Made by a program: the position numbers and the translations under genes. A DNA stretch of 64,000 bases. Origin: Verrucomicrobiota bacterium (GTDB taxonomy: Bacteria; Verrucomicrobiota; Verrucomicrobiia; Limisphaerales; CANJXF01). Location: the NCBI GenBank assembly GCA_038214755.1, contig JBBQRQ010000004.1:1-64000 (forward strand), read 5' to 3'. Positions 19,290 through 28,459 of the stretch are shown piece by piece (the stretch's first letter is position 1; every line of letters starts with the position of its first letter). The notes beneath the pieces are model-generated. The model saw only the letters and a program-made list of their open reading frames with translations. It did not search any database and was not told where the DNA came from.

Positions 19290-21932
19290 TTGAAAACATT
19301 CCTTGTCCGATTTTGTTTCGTCCTGTCGGTCTATTTAACGGCCAGCGAAAATCTTTTTGCCGTCATTCGCGATGGCGACATCGATCCCAATAACCTCGGA
19401 CAAGGCGGTTGGATTTACATTTTGAAAAGCGCCACCAATCATCTCTCTCCCACTTTTACGGCGAGCGTGACGAATGAAGATTCGATGTTCAAATATCTGA
19501 AAAGTCAGAACCTCAATTATGTGATCGTCAAAGCCGCCACCAGCAACCAGCTCTGGACGGGCAGCGGCAATGTCCCTATCAGTTCGCCCGCCAACGCGCA
19601 ATTCACCGCCGCGCTCTGCAACGCTGCCCATGCCAACGGCTTGAAAATTTTCGGGTCTAATCGCTCTTATGGAAACGATGTCCCCGGAGAAATCGCGGTG
19701 ACCGATTACGTGTTTCGGCAGGGAGCGGATGGATTTATCTGGGACGCGGAATCAGAATGGGAAAGCTTTAACCCGTGGATCGGCACCAATGGGCCCGCGC
19801 TGGCCTGGCAACTTTGCTCGACCGTTCGTTCCAATTGGCCGACAAAATTTCTCGCGCACAATCCCTTCGACACGCTCTACCTCCACTCGTCTTTTCCCTA
19901 CAAAGAATTCGGCTACTGGTCGGACGTGGTGATGCCGCAGGTTTACCATCATTCCGCCAGCAAAGGGAATGCGTTCGCGGCGATTCATTGGACGGACGTA
20001 AATTACAAAAGATTTCAGGATAGCCTCGCCACTCTCCCGCCGACCAATATCAATGGGCTGACCGTCTATTGGACCAACGCAATCAAGCCGCTGGTGTTGA
20101 TGCGCGACGTTTACAATGGCGGCGCCAACACACCCGTTCATCCCGACACCGATGTCAGAAATTTTTTGGACTACCTCGTCGCTGATCCGAATTGCGTCAC
20201 GGCTGGCGGATACAATGGCTCGGATTATTTCCGCTCGGAACTGCACAGCGCCGGACAATGGGCTTACATCCGAGCGGCCACCATCGGCCATTTTTCCAAC
20301 ATCGTGAACAACATCGTGATCGACGATGCCAATGCTGCGGTGGTCGGCGCGTGGACGATGGTGAAAACGATTGATGCCACGACCGGGAGCACCGTCAGTT
20401 TTACCGGCGAGACTGGAACGGACACAAATTCATTCGGCACCAACTATTGGAGAAAGGCGCAAGGCACCGGGTCTGATTACATGCAATTCACGCCGAACAT
20501 AATCACGGCGGGTGATTACGATACTTATCAATGGCATCCGTTTCGCACGAATGCTTCAGCGAGTGTTCCCTTCGTTGTGAACTTCAATGGTGGGACGAAA
20601 ACAGTTTACGCCAATCAACAAACCAACGCGGGTAACTGGACGCTGCTCGGCCGATTTTCATTTGCGGCGGGTGCCGATGGAACCATCCGTGTGCTGGATA
20701 ATTTTCCCGAGGCAACGGGCCTCGCTCTCGTTGATGGAGTAAAACTGGTGTTCGCGCCTCCGCGTGGTTCTCCAAATCCTCCAAGCTTGTTGACGGCGAG
20801 TGCGGCAGCGCCATCGCAAATCGCTCTAAGCTGGAGAGACAATGCGACGAATGAATCGACGTTCGTTGTCTCTCGCGGCACGACGGCGGGCGGACCTTAC
20901 GTCGATGTCGTCACGCTGGGTCCGAACACGACCAATTACACCGACGGAGATTTGTGCGAGTTGACTCCGTATTATTATGTCGTCCGCGCCGCGAACGCGA
21001 ATTTCGCTTCCACCAACTCCAATGAAGCCACTGCCACCACGCCAACTTTCACGCCTCTGATTCTGGACAATCCGGACGCGAGTTTGTCGGGCGTGTGGAC
21101 TACGGCAACGGCTGCGACAGATAAATATGGAAGCTATTATCAATATGCGACGACGACTGTGGGCGGAGCGAGTTCAACGGCGATTTATCGCCCGAACATT
21201 TCGATGGCCGGAAAGTACAATGTCTATCTTTGGTATTCCTCCGGGACAAACCGCACCAGCAACGCGCAGATTTTAATTTCCGGGATCAGCAGTTCACTGG
21301 CTTCACTCAACCAAACCACGGGCGGCGGCGGCTGGAGATTGGCTGGCGCGCTCCAGAATTTCGCGGTCGGCACGAATGGCTTCGTTCGCATTTCAAACGA
21401 CACCGGCGAGATCAATAAAATTGTTGTAGCTGACGCGATTCAATTCGAGTTCATCAACGCGCCTTGTCTTTCTGCTTCGCCGCAAAGTCAAACCGTCACG
21501 GCGGGATCAAACGTCACTTTTAATGTGGGTGTTCACGGCGCGCCAACTCTGAGCTACCAATGGCAATTCAACGGAGAAGACATTCCCGGCGCGACTTCGA
21601 GCACACTTATTTTGTCCAACCTCGTTCCGGCGAATAGCGGAAATTATTCGGTCATCATCAACAATCCCGCGGGAGGCGTCGTGAGCGAACCAGCAATTTT
21701 ATCGGTGCAAGCTCAGGCCGCGAACTTCAATTCGGCGTCGATCCTTTCCAACAATCGGATTCGACTTCCACTCACGGGCAGCGCCGGGGTTGCCTACCGC
21801 ATCGACGGGTCAACCAATCTCGTGGACTGGACCCCGCTCACCAATATTTTCAACGCCGATGGCAGTTTTGAATTTATTGATTCGACGGTGACCGACGCGC
21901 AACGTTTCTATCGCGCGATCTGGTCGCCGTGA
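19290..21932 (+). CDS. Secreted multidomain protein: glycoside-hydrolase-like TIM barrel, two golvesin/xanthan-lyase-like CBM domains, FN3, Ig and a C-terminal RFYRA domain
   Basis: DGFIWDAESEW, MPQVY; IDD.....VG.W and LDN.DA...G.W repeats; LSW.DN..NE FN3; LSYQWQFNG Ig; start at TTG 19290 is inferred. Confidence 0.75.
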   Translation: MKTFLVRFCFVLSVYLTASENLFAVIRDGDIDPNNLGQGGWIYILKSATNHLSPTFTASVTNEDSMFKYLKSQNLNYVIVKAATSNQLWTGSGNVPISSPANAQFTAALCNAAHANGLKIFGSNRSYGNDVPGEIAVTDYVFRQGADGFIWDAESEWESFNPWIGTNGPALAWQLCSTVRSNWPTKFLAHNPFDTLYLHSSFPYKEFGYWSDVVMPQVYHHSASKGNAFAAIHWTDVNYKRFQDSLATLPPTNINGLTVYWTNAIKPLVLMRDVYNGGANTPVHPDTDVRNFLDYLVADPNCVTAGGYNGSDYFRSELHSAGQWAYIRAATIGHFSNIVNNIVIDDANAAVVGAWTMVKTIDATTGSTVSFTGETGTDTNSFGTNYWRKAQGTGSDYMQFTPNIITAGDYDTYQWHPFRTNASASVPFVVNFNGGTKTVYANQQTNAGNWTLLGRFSFAAGADGTIRVLDNFPEATGLALVDGVKLVFAPPRGSPNPPSLLTASAAAPSQIALSWRDNATNESTFVVSRGTTAGGPYVDVVTLGPNTTNYTDGDLCELTPYYYVVRAANANFASTNSNEATATTPTFTPLILDNPDASLSGVWTTATAATDKYGSYYQYATTTVGGASSTAIYRPNISMAGKYNVYLWYSSGTNRTSNAQILISGISSSLASLNQTTGGGGWRLAGALQNFAVGTNGFVRISNDTGEINKIVVADAIQFEFINAPCLSASPQSQTVTAGSNVTFNVGVHGAPTLSYQWQFNGEDIPGATSSTLILSNLVPANSGNYSVIINNPAGGVVSEPAILSVQAQAANFNSASILSNNRIRLPLTGSAGVAYRIDGSTNLVDWTPLTNIFNADGSFEFIDSTVTDAQRFYRAIWSP

Positions 21933-21947
21933 TTTCCGAACCGGAAC

Positions 21948-22108
21948 GGGTGGCACAGGCGACCCGCCTGTGCCGTCCGGCCACTGGCCGGACGGAATGG
22001 AAAAGACGTTGGCATTCGAAAAAGATGCGCGGGAAAGTTGGCGCCCCTTTCCCGTTCCGAGCGGCGAGTCGCCGCTCGGCACAGGCCAGTGGCCTGTGCT
22101 GCCCACCA
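21948..22108. repeat. Composite palindromic element GGTGGCACAGGC...GCCTGTGCTGCCCACC
   Basis: Four internal hairpins in mirror arrangement between convergent genes. Confidence 0.8.
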
Positions 22109-22119
22109 GAGATTCGGGT

Positions 22120-23046
22120 CTAACGGCTCCACGAGGCGCGCAAATCTTCCGGCGTGAATCCTTGTTCCCGCAATGCTCGCAGGCTGAGCGAGTCGTGACG
22201 TTTGGCCAGACGAATTCCCCGCTCGTCAGTCATCAGTGGACAATGAAAAAAATCGGGAGCGTTCAAGCCCAACGCTCGATAAATTAAAATTTGCCGCGCA
22301 GTCGAGAGCAGCAAATCCGCGCCGCGAACCACTTCGGAAATTTGCATCGCCGCATCATCGACGACCACCGCGAGTTGATAGGCCGGAACATCGTCGTGCC
22401 GCCACACCACAAAATCGCCAAAATCTTTTCCGGCGACAAATTTTTGTTCGCCAAAATTTTTGTCCACGAAGGAAATTGTTTCGCCATCAGAAACGCGAAA
22501 GCGCCAGTTGAACGCGGAACTCGGAATGCGGAACGCGGAATCCGGACTTTTCCATTCCGCACTTCGCACTTCACGCGTCGCGTTTGTCTTTTCTGATTCC
22601 GCGTTCCGCGTTCCCCGTTCCGCGTTTCCCCGGCAGGTTCCCGGATAAATGGTTTCGTTATCGTCGCCCAGATTCGGCGCGCTGGCGGCGAGTTGAATAT
22701 CTTTTCGGGAGCAGGTGCAGGGATAAATGAAACCGCTGTCCCGAAGTTTTTCCAGTGCGGCCATATAAAACTCCCGCCGCTCGCTCTGCGCATACGAGCC
22801 AAATGCGCCGCCGCAACCCGGGCCTTCCTGCCAGTGAAAACCAAACCAACGCAAGTCCTCAAGCATCTGCGAAACGAATTCCAGTTTGAACCGGGTGGAA
22901 TCAATGTCTTCATTCCGCAAAATCAACGCGCCGGAATTTTTTCGCGCGCGTTCCTGCGCAATCCAAAACGTCCGCGCGTGACCGAGATGGAGAAGACCGG
23001 TGGGGGATGGCGCGAGACGTCCGCGGTAAATGAAATCCAGCAACAC
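22120..23046 (-). CDS. gluQ: tRNA glutamyl-Q(34) synthetase
   Basis: RGRLAPSPTGLLHLGH, YPCTCSRK, YPGTCR, YQLAVVVDD, VVRGADLL, RLAKR; no anticodon-binding domain; start uncertain. Confidence 0.9.
   Translation of the reverse strand: MLLDFIYRGRLAPSPTGLLHLGHARTFWIAQERARKNSGALILRNEDIDSTRFKLEFVSQMLEDLRWFGFHWQEGPGCGGAFGSYAQSERREFYMAALEKLRDSGFIYPCTCSRKDIQLAASAPNLGDDNETIYPGTCRGNAERGTRNAESEKTNATREVRSAEWKSPDSAFRIPSSAFNWRFRVSDGETISFVDKNFGEQKFVAGKDFGDFVVWRHDDVPAYQLAVVVDDAAMQISEVVRGADLLLSTARQILIYRALGLNAPDFFHCPLMTDERGIRLAKRHDSLSLRALREQGFTPEDLRASWSR
22510..22627. repeat. Heptamer inverted array (GCGGAAC)n...(GTTCCGC)n, in frame within gluQ
   Basis: Encodes GNAERGTRNAESE...SAFRIPSSAF. Confidence 0.85.
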
Positions 23047-23061
23047 GAGGGAGATAATGCT

Positions 23062-23164
23062 GAAAGTGAGCAGGGGTGAAAGTGAGAAAGTGAGCACGGG
23101 GGAAAGTGGGAAAGTGAGCGGGCTGCGTTGCACCTCTTCTCACTTTCTCACTTTCTCACTTTCC
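23062..23164. repeat. Octamer inverted array (GAAAGTGA)n...(TCACTTTC)n
   Basis: Visible directly; overlaps the stop region of the SDR gene. Confidence 0.8.
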
Positions 23165-23997
23165 CAATCAGAATGTTCGCGCAGCCAGTCGGAAAATTTT
23201 GGCAACGAAAACGAAAGTAGTTTTTGGATCTCATGGCAATTGAGCGAAGTGTCCGGCGGACGCGGCGGGCCATTGTAATCTCGCAGCGAACACGCCTCGA
23301 TTTTCGGGTTCAGATGCGGGCAGCGGGCGGCGAGGAGTTGTCCGATTTGCAGACGAGAGAGTCGTTCGCTTCCTGCCAGATGAAAAAGTCCGGTCGCATT
23401 TTTCGCCGCCAGTTCCCAAACCGCGCGCGCCGTCACCTCCGCAGGAATGGGACTGCGAAATTCGTCGGCAAACAGTTTGGTAGTTCGGCCCGCTTGCCAC
23501 GCGTTGCATAATTCTTCGTTGAAACCGCGATCACGCCTCGGCGAAATTCCGCCATTGAGCGAAGTGCGAATGACGGTGTGCTTCGGATTTGTGAGGACGT
23601 TTTTTTCCGCCGCCAGTTTTGTTTCCGCATAAACACTCAACGGATTCGGTCCATCCGTTTCCACGTAATTGCCCCCTCGCCCATCGAAAACCAAGTCCGT
23701 GGAAAAGAAAATAAATGGGATGTCCGCAGCCAACTCCGCCAGATTGTTTGTGGCTTCGACATTTATTTTCCACGCCAACGCAGGATCGGCCTGACAGACC
23801 GGACTTTTGCTCAACGCCGCGCAGTGGATGATGAGTTGCGGATTTTCCCGGAGAAATTTTTCGCGGACTTTTTTTGGGTCGGTCAAATCAAGTTCAGCGC
23901 GAGTCAGTCCGGAAACTTTCCAACCCGGCGCAAACTCTGGCGCGGTTTGCGCGAGATAATTTCCGATGAGACCGCCAGCGCCAGTGATCCAGACCAT
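23140..23997 (-). CDS. RmlD/RfbD-like (dTDP-4-dehydrorhamnose reductase) extended SDR
   Basis: ITGAGGLIG, IIHCAA, STDLVFDG, P.PLSVYAETK, DEFRSP, RPPDTSL. Confidence 0.88.
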   Translation of the reverse strand: MVWITGAGGLIGNYLAQTAPEFAPGWKVSGLTRAELDLTDPKKVREKFLRENPQLIIHCAALSKSPVCQADPALAWKINVEATNNLAELAADIPFIFFSTDLVFDGRGGNYVETDGPNPLSVYAETKLAAEKNVLTNPKHTVIRTSLNGGISPRRDRGFNEELCNAWQAGRTTKLFADEFRSPIPAEVTARAVWELAAKNATGLFHLAGSERLSRLQIGQLLAARCPHLNPKIEACSLRDYNGPPRPPDTSLNCHEIQKLLSFSLPKFSDWLREHSDWESEKVRK

Positions 23998-24222
23998 TTA
24001 CTTGGTTGTTTTTTTTGGTGGAGTGAGAGTGACAAATTCGATCCGGTCCACTTCGATGATATGAAACCGATTGTCTCTGGGAGCCACCACAACCGTTCCG
24101 CGGTCGTGACTGAAAAGGACTTGGTCAGGGTGTTCGACACTGATGGTCTTGCCGTCGCTGTGAATGTAAAACGGTGTGAAGGGAACTTTGTGAAATGTCT
24201 CTTCAAAATTTTTCTGCTTCAT
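23998..24222 (-). CDS. Small hypothetical protein, paralog of 11749-11982
   Basis: 74 aa; PFTPFYIHSDGKTISVEHPDQVL; stop codon abuts the next ATG. Confidence 0.8.
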   Translation of the reverse strand: MKQKNFEETFHKVPFTPFYIHSDGKTISVEHPDQVLFSHDRGTVVVAPRDNRFHIIEVDRIEFVTLTPPKKTTK

Positions 24223-24275
24223 GAGTTAGAAATTACCTCGCCGTAAGCGGCCACGCAAGAAGCTGCGCGTCCATC

Positions 24276-24443
24276 GGGTGTGATTAAAAGGGACGGTCAC
24301 TATTCGCGCCGTTGAAAGCGGCGGAGGGCCACCGCACTCCAAGACGCTCGCGCGAATTTCGATGGCGCGTGAATGGCGCGAAGCGTCTTGGAGTGCGCCA
24401 GTCCTCTGGCGCTCTTGTTTTGACCGCCAGTTCAATCACACCT
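24276..24443. mobile_element. MITE, GGGTGTGATT-ended, copy 2 (cargo type B)
   Basis: GGGTGTGATT...AATCACACCT; flanks GCGTCCATC/CCGTCAATC (7/9 match). Confidence 0.85.
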
Positions 24444-24446
24444 CCG

Positions 24447-25331
24447 TCAATCCACCAATCGCTTCGTCAAATCTCCGTAAGCATCAATCCGGCGGTCGCG
24501 CAGAAATGGCCAGTGGGTTCGCGTCAAATCCACTTTCGCCAAATCCACTGGCACGATGAGAATCTCCTCCTTGCTCGTGCTGGCTTTGGCGAGAATTTGT
24601 CCGGAGGTTCCGGCCACGAAACTTTGGCCCCAAAATTCCAGGCCATCTCCGCCCACCGGTTTTTCCAGACCAATTCGGTTGGCGACGGCGACGTAACAAC
24701 CGTTGGCGACCGCGTGACTGCGTTGGATAAGTTCCCACGCGCCATGCTGATTTTCGCCGTATTCTTTTTTCTCGCGCGGATGCCAGCCGATGGCCGTGGG
24801 ATAAAATAAAATTTCCGCGCCTTGCATCGCGGTGAGTCGCGCAGCTTCGGGATACCATTGGTCCCAGCAAATGCAGACGCCGATTTTTCCGTATTTGGTT
24901 TTCCACGCTTTGAAACCGAGATCGCCCGGCGTGAAATAAAATTTTTCGTAAAACAGCGGGTCATCGGGAATGTGCATCTTGCGATAAATTCCGAGGAGCG
25001 AACCATCGGCGTCGATGACCGCGGCGGTGTTGTGATAAACGCCGGGAGCGCGTTTCTCAAACAGCGAGGCGATGATCACCACCTTTAATTTTTTCGCGAG
25101 TTTTTGAAATGCATCCGTGCTGGGGCCGGGGATGGGTTCGGCCAGATTGAAGTGATCGTGGTTCTCGCTTTGGCAAAAATATTGGGAGCGAAACAGTTCC
25201 TGCGTGCAGATAATTTGCGCGCCTTGTTTGGCGGCTTTCTCAACCAGCGCCAAAGTTCTTTTCAAGTTTTCCGCAGGATCAGGCGACGCCGTCGATTGCA
25301 GCAACCCAAGCTTTACGACGGAAGATTTCAT
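24447..25331 (-). CDS. aguB: Carbon-nitrogen hydrolase, N-carbamoylputrescine amidase (AguB-like)
   Basis: QELF..QYFCQ, YRKMHIPDDP.FYEKFYFTPGD, ICWDQWYPE, YPTAIGW. Confidence 0.85.
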   Translation of the reverse strand: MKSSVVKLGLLQSTASPDPAENLKRTLALVEKAAKQGAQIICTQELFRSQYFCQSENHDHFNLAEPIPGPSTDAFQKLAKKLKVVIIASLFEKRAPGVYHNTAAVIDADGSLLGIYRKMHIPDDPLFYEKFYFTPGDLGFKAWKTKYGKIGVCICWDQWYPEAARLTAMQGAEILFYPTAIGWHPREKKEYGENQHGAWELIQRSHAVANGCYVAVANRIGLEKPVGGDGLEFWGQSFVAGTSGQILAKASTSKEEILIVPVDLAKVDLTRTHWPFLRDRRIDAYGDLTKRLVD

Positions 25332-26344
25332 CGCGCCGCCGGAGTCTCATCCAGCGCAACGGGCCGCTTCAAAACGGTGGTGCGACCTTTTTTGGCGGAG
25401 CGGACGGGCTGATCTTTATCGAACAATTGCCGAATGTAGCGCCCAAGCGTTTCGTTGGTCGGTCCGTAGCCCTGGTGATAAATGTAATGTTCCAAATCGT
25501 AGAGCAATTTATCGGCGTCGCCATATCGTTTGTTGACGTCATGAATCAGGGCGCCATGCAAAATTTCGTTCAAGCGCTGGTCCACGCGAACATCGAGTTG
25601 GCGAAAATCCGGGATCGCCATTTTCATAATTTTGTCGCGTGATTCTTCGGCAGTTTCACCTTTGAAAATATTGCGGCCTAGAATCAAATTGGCCAGCACG
25701 ACGCCCGTTGAAAAAATGTCCGAGCGCTTGTCCGTGATTTGAAAATCCGCCTGCTCTGGACTCATGTAATCCGCCTTGCCGGCCACCACTTCTCCTTCCT
25801 GGTCTTCGAGAAAACCGCGCGCCTTGGCGATTCCGAAATCGGTCAGCTTCACGTCCCCTTCAAAAGCGATCATGATATTTTTGAAACTGACATCGCGATG
25901 AACCAGGCCGAGCAGATTTCCATCTTTGTCGGTTTTCGCGTGGGCATAAGCGAGGCCGCGCGCGATGCGGCTGGCGATAAAAACCGCCAACTCCAGAGGG
26001 AGCTGCCGCTTTTGGGCGGACAACTCCTGGGTGAATTGTTCGAGGTTCACGCCGCCAATCAATTCCATCGCGATGAAATAAATCCCGCGCGCTTCGCCGA
26101 GTTGATAGGTCTGAACGATGTTGGTGTGGATCAAATCCGCGACGAGCTTGGCCTCGCCCACGAAATTTTCGATGAACGATTTTTGGCTGGCGTAATTTTG
26201 GCGAATGACTTTCAACGCCACGCGCTTGATGAAATTGCGCGCGCCATGTTGCTCGGCTTCGTAAACGATGCCCATCCCGCCTTCGTAAATTTTGCGGACA
26301 ATTTCGTAGCGAAATTCGTTCTGGATGGTGAACAACGCAGCCAT
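25328..26344 (-). CDS. Hanks-type Ser/Thr protein kinase, soluble
   Basis: GGMGIVY, VALK, HRDVSFKN, DFGIAK, YMSPEQ, SDIFS. Confidence 0.92.
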   Translation of the reverse strand: MAALFTIQNEFRYEIVRKIYEGGMGIVYEAEQHGARNFIKRVALKVIRQNYASQKSFIENFVGEAKLVADLIHTNIVQTYQLGEARGIYFIAMELIGGVNLEQFTQELSAQKRQLPLELAVFIASRIARGLAYAHAKTDKDGNLLGLVHRDVSFKNIMIAFEGDVKLTDFGIAKARGFLEDQEGEVVAGKADYMSPEQADFQITDKRSDIFSTGVVLANLILGRNIFKGETAEESRDKIMKMAIPDFRQLDVRVDQRLNEILHGALIHDVNKRYGDADKLLYDLEHYIYHQGYGPTNETLGRYIRQLFDKDQPVRSAKKGRTTVLKRPVALDETPAAR

Positions 26345-26532
26345 TAAAAATCGATGTTGTGGAAAGGATTTCTCAAGTCAAGCCTCTGCTGTGTTTCGAA
26401 AAACAGCCCCGCTCCAACGCTCGGGCCGAGATGGGAGATTTTTCTGCTTGCGGCACTTTGGTGAAAGGTTTTAATACCGCACGCATCAAACAACTTTCAA
26501 CAACGCTTAAAAACTCAACCCAACAAAACACT

Positions 26533-26820
26533 ATGGCAACCTCGCTCTCGAAATCACAAGTCATCTCCACCCTTGCTGAAAAAGTCGGCCTGACGAAAAA
26601 ACAATCCGCGCAATACCTCGACGAACTGGCGAAGCTGGCTTACGAAAACGCCCAGAACACTTTTACCCTGCCGGGCCTTGGCAAATTGAAACTAAAAAAC
26701 CGCGCCGCCCGCATGGGGCGCAATCCCAAGACTGGGCAACCCATCCAGATTCAGGCCAAGCGCGTCGTTAAGTTCCAAATCTCCAAAGCGGCGAAAGACG
26801 CGATCCTCGGCGCAAAGTAA
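26533..26820 (+). CDS. HU family DNA-binding protein
   Basis: LPGLGKL...RAARMGRNPKTGQPIQI.AKRVVKF. Confidence 0.93.
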   Translation: MATSLSKSQVISTLAEKVGLTKKQSAQYLDELAKLAYENAQNTFTLPGLGKLKLKNRAARMGRNPKTGQPIQIQAKRVVKFQISKAAKDAILGAK

Positions 26821-26837
26821 TTTTTATTTTCCGACCA

Positions 26838-26869
26838 CGCTCTGAAAAATTTTCAGAGCGTTTTTTTTT
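26838..26869 (+). terminator. Terminator after HU
   Basis: CGCTCTGAAAA/TTTTCAGAGCG hairpin followed by a T run. Confidence 0.75.
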
Positions 26870-26942
26870 GGTGGAGTATGCGCACAAAAAAACTGGCGCA
26901 CAAAATTGTGCGCCAGTCGTGCAAAAGATTTTTGATCCAGAC

Positions 26943-27227
26943 TTACTTGTTGTCGGATTTCTTTTCCGTGCTCTCAGACGCGTCTTTCTTGCGTCCGCCA
27001 AGTCCTGCTTTTTTCGCCTTTTCTTTGTCTTCGGCGCTCATCGCAGCGCGTTCGTCTTTATCGAGTTTTCCGTCTGCGTTCTTGTCGTATTTTTTCAACA
27101 GCTCTTTCTTGGCTGTCTTTTGTTCTTCGGTCGCTTCGCCTTTCTTTTCTTTGTCAGCGTGAGACAGAACGGGGCTGATCATGCCGAGGAGGGCGAGACT
27201 GAGTGTAATCGTTGCAATTTTTTTCAT
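26943..27227 (-). CDS. Small secreted EF-hand protein, Lys/Glu-rich
   Basis: Signal peptide; KYDKNADGKLDKDER EF-hand loop. Confidence 0.8.
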   Translation of the reverse strand: MKKIATITLSLALLGMISPVLSHADKEKKGEATEEQKTAKKELLKKYDKNADGKLDKDERAAMSAEDKEKAKKAGLGGRKKDASESTEKKSDNK

Positions 27228-27315
27228 ATGTATTTTTGTGGTCGGGCCTTCGAGCGACGCGCTCAACACCTCCCCACGATGTTCGGGGAATGAGACGAAG
27301 GTGGTTTTTGATCGG

Positions 27316-28455
27316 TTACAAGTTTTTCAGGATGTCACGGCAAGCGGCGGAAACGGCTTCAACCGAAATGGATTTCATGCAGCGAAAATCGATCGGGCAC
27401 TCGCGCAAAAAACACGGGGCGCACGGAACGGAAGATTTCAAAAAAACGTGTCTTCCGTTTCCCGGCAAACCGGGTCCAGTCAATTCAGCGGAAGTGCTTC
27501 CGAACGGAACAACGACGGGCGTGCCGAGCGCGGCGGCCACGTGCATCGGGCCGGTGTCATTGGTCAAAACGAGTTTGCAAAATTTGAGTCCAGCACAAAG
27601 TTCGCGAAGAGTGGTTTGACCGGCAAGATTGACCACGCACTTTCGGCCAAGTTTTCTTTCCAATTCTTCGGTGACTTGTTTTGTGCCGGGATCTCTCGCG
27701 CCGAAAATGATCCAGCTACAATTCGTCTGCTCATGCAACGTGATGGCGGCGGCGATGAATCGATCCGCCGGCCAGCGTTTGGCCGGGCCATATTCGGCGC
27801 CGGGATTCAACCCGAGCCAAAGACGGTTTTCAAAACCGGAAATTTCTCCGAGCCGTTTTTGAAAGGAAGCCAGTTCGCTTTTCGTGACGGACAAACTCGG
27901 CGCGAGCGGTTCGGGGTTTGCCCCGAGCGCGGTGACCAAATGCAAGTATTGAAAAATATGATGAGACCTCGGTGGAAAATCTGAGCGCGCGCTGCAATTT
28001 GGATTCGCGTTCAGCCGATTGATTTCTGCGAGCGAACGTTTGCGCATTTCGATTGCGCCAGCGCGGGGCCGGATTGGTTTTGTCAAAAATAAATTTCGGA
28101 ACGGTCGTCCGTAACCAACGCGCTCTGGAATTTTCGCCCACCAAAGTTCGATGGCGGAGCGATGCGAATCAGGCAGAGCGATGGCGAGATCAAATTTTTC
28201 TGCGCGCAATTTTCGACCAATGCGCCACGGATTTTCCCCGGACTTAAAAGTTAAAACGGAATTTATGGCGGAGTGATTTTCCCAAAGTCCGGCGAGTTTT
28301 TCGGGCGTGAGCAATGCGATGTGCGCGTCTGGCTTTGCTTCCCGCAAACGTTGCAACGCGGGCATGGTCATGACCGCATCGCCGAGCCAGTTCACGCCGC
28401 GCACCAGTATTTTGCGAGGAGGAATAAGAAAATCTGGAGAATGGCGCTCTGACAT
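27316..28455 (-). CDS. waaF: Lipopolysaccharide heptosyltransferase II (GT9)
   Basis: NWLGDAVM..PA, NPGAEYGPAKRWP, TNDTGPMHVAAA. Confidence 0.92.
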   Translation of the reverse strand: MSERHSPDFLIPPRKILVRGVNWLGDAVMTMPALQRLREAKPDAHIALLTPEKLAGLWENHSAINSVLTFKSGENPWRIGRKLRAEKFDLAIALPDSHRSAIELWWAKIPERVGYGRPFRNLFLTKPIRPRAGAIEMRKRSLAEINRLNANPNCSARSDFPPRSHHIFQYLHLVTALGANPEPLAPSLSVTKSELASFQKRLGEISGFENRLWLGLNPGAEYGPAKRWPADRFIAAAITLHEQTNCSWIIFGARDPGTKQVTEELERKLGRKCVVNLAGQTTLRELCAGLKFCKLVLTNDTGPMHVAAALGTPVVVPFGSTSAELTGPGLPGNGRHVFLKSSVPCAPCFLRECPIDFRCMKSISVEAVSAACRDILKNL

Positions 28456-28459
28456 TTTT

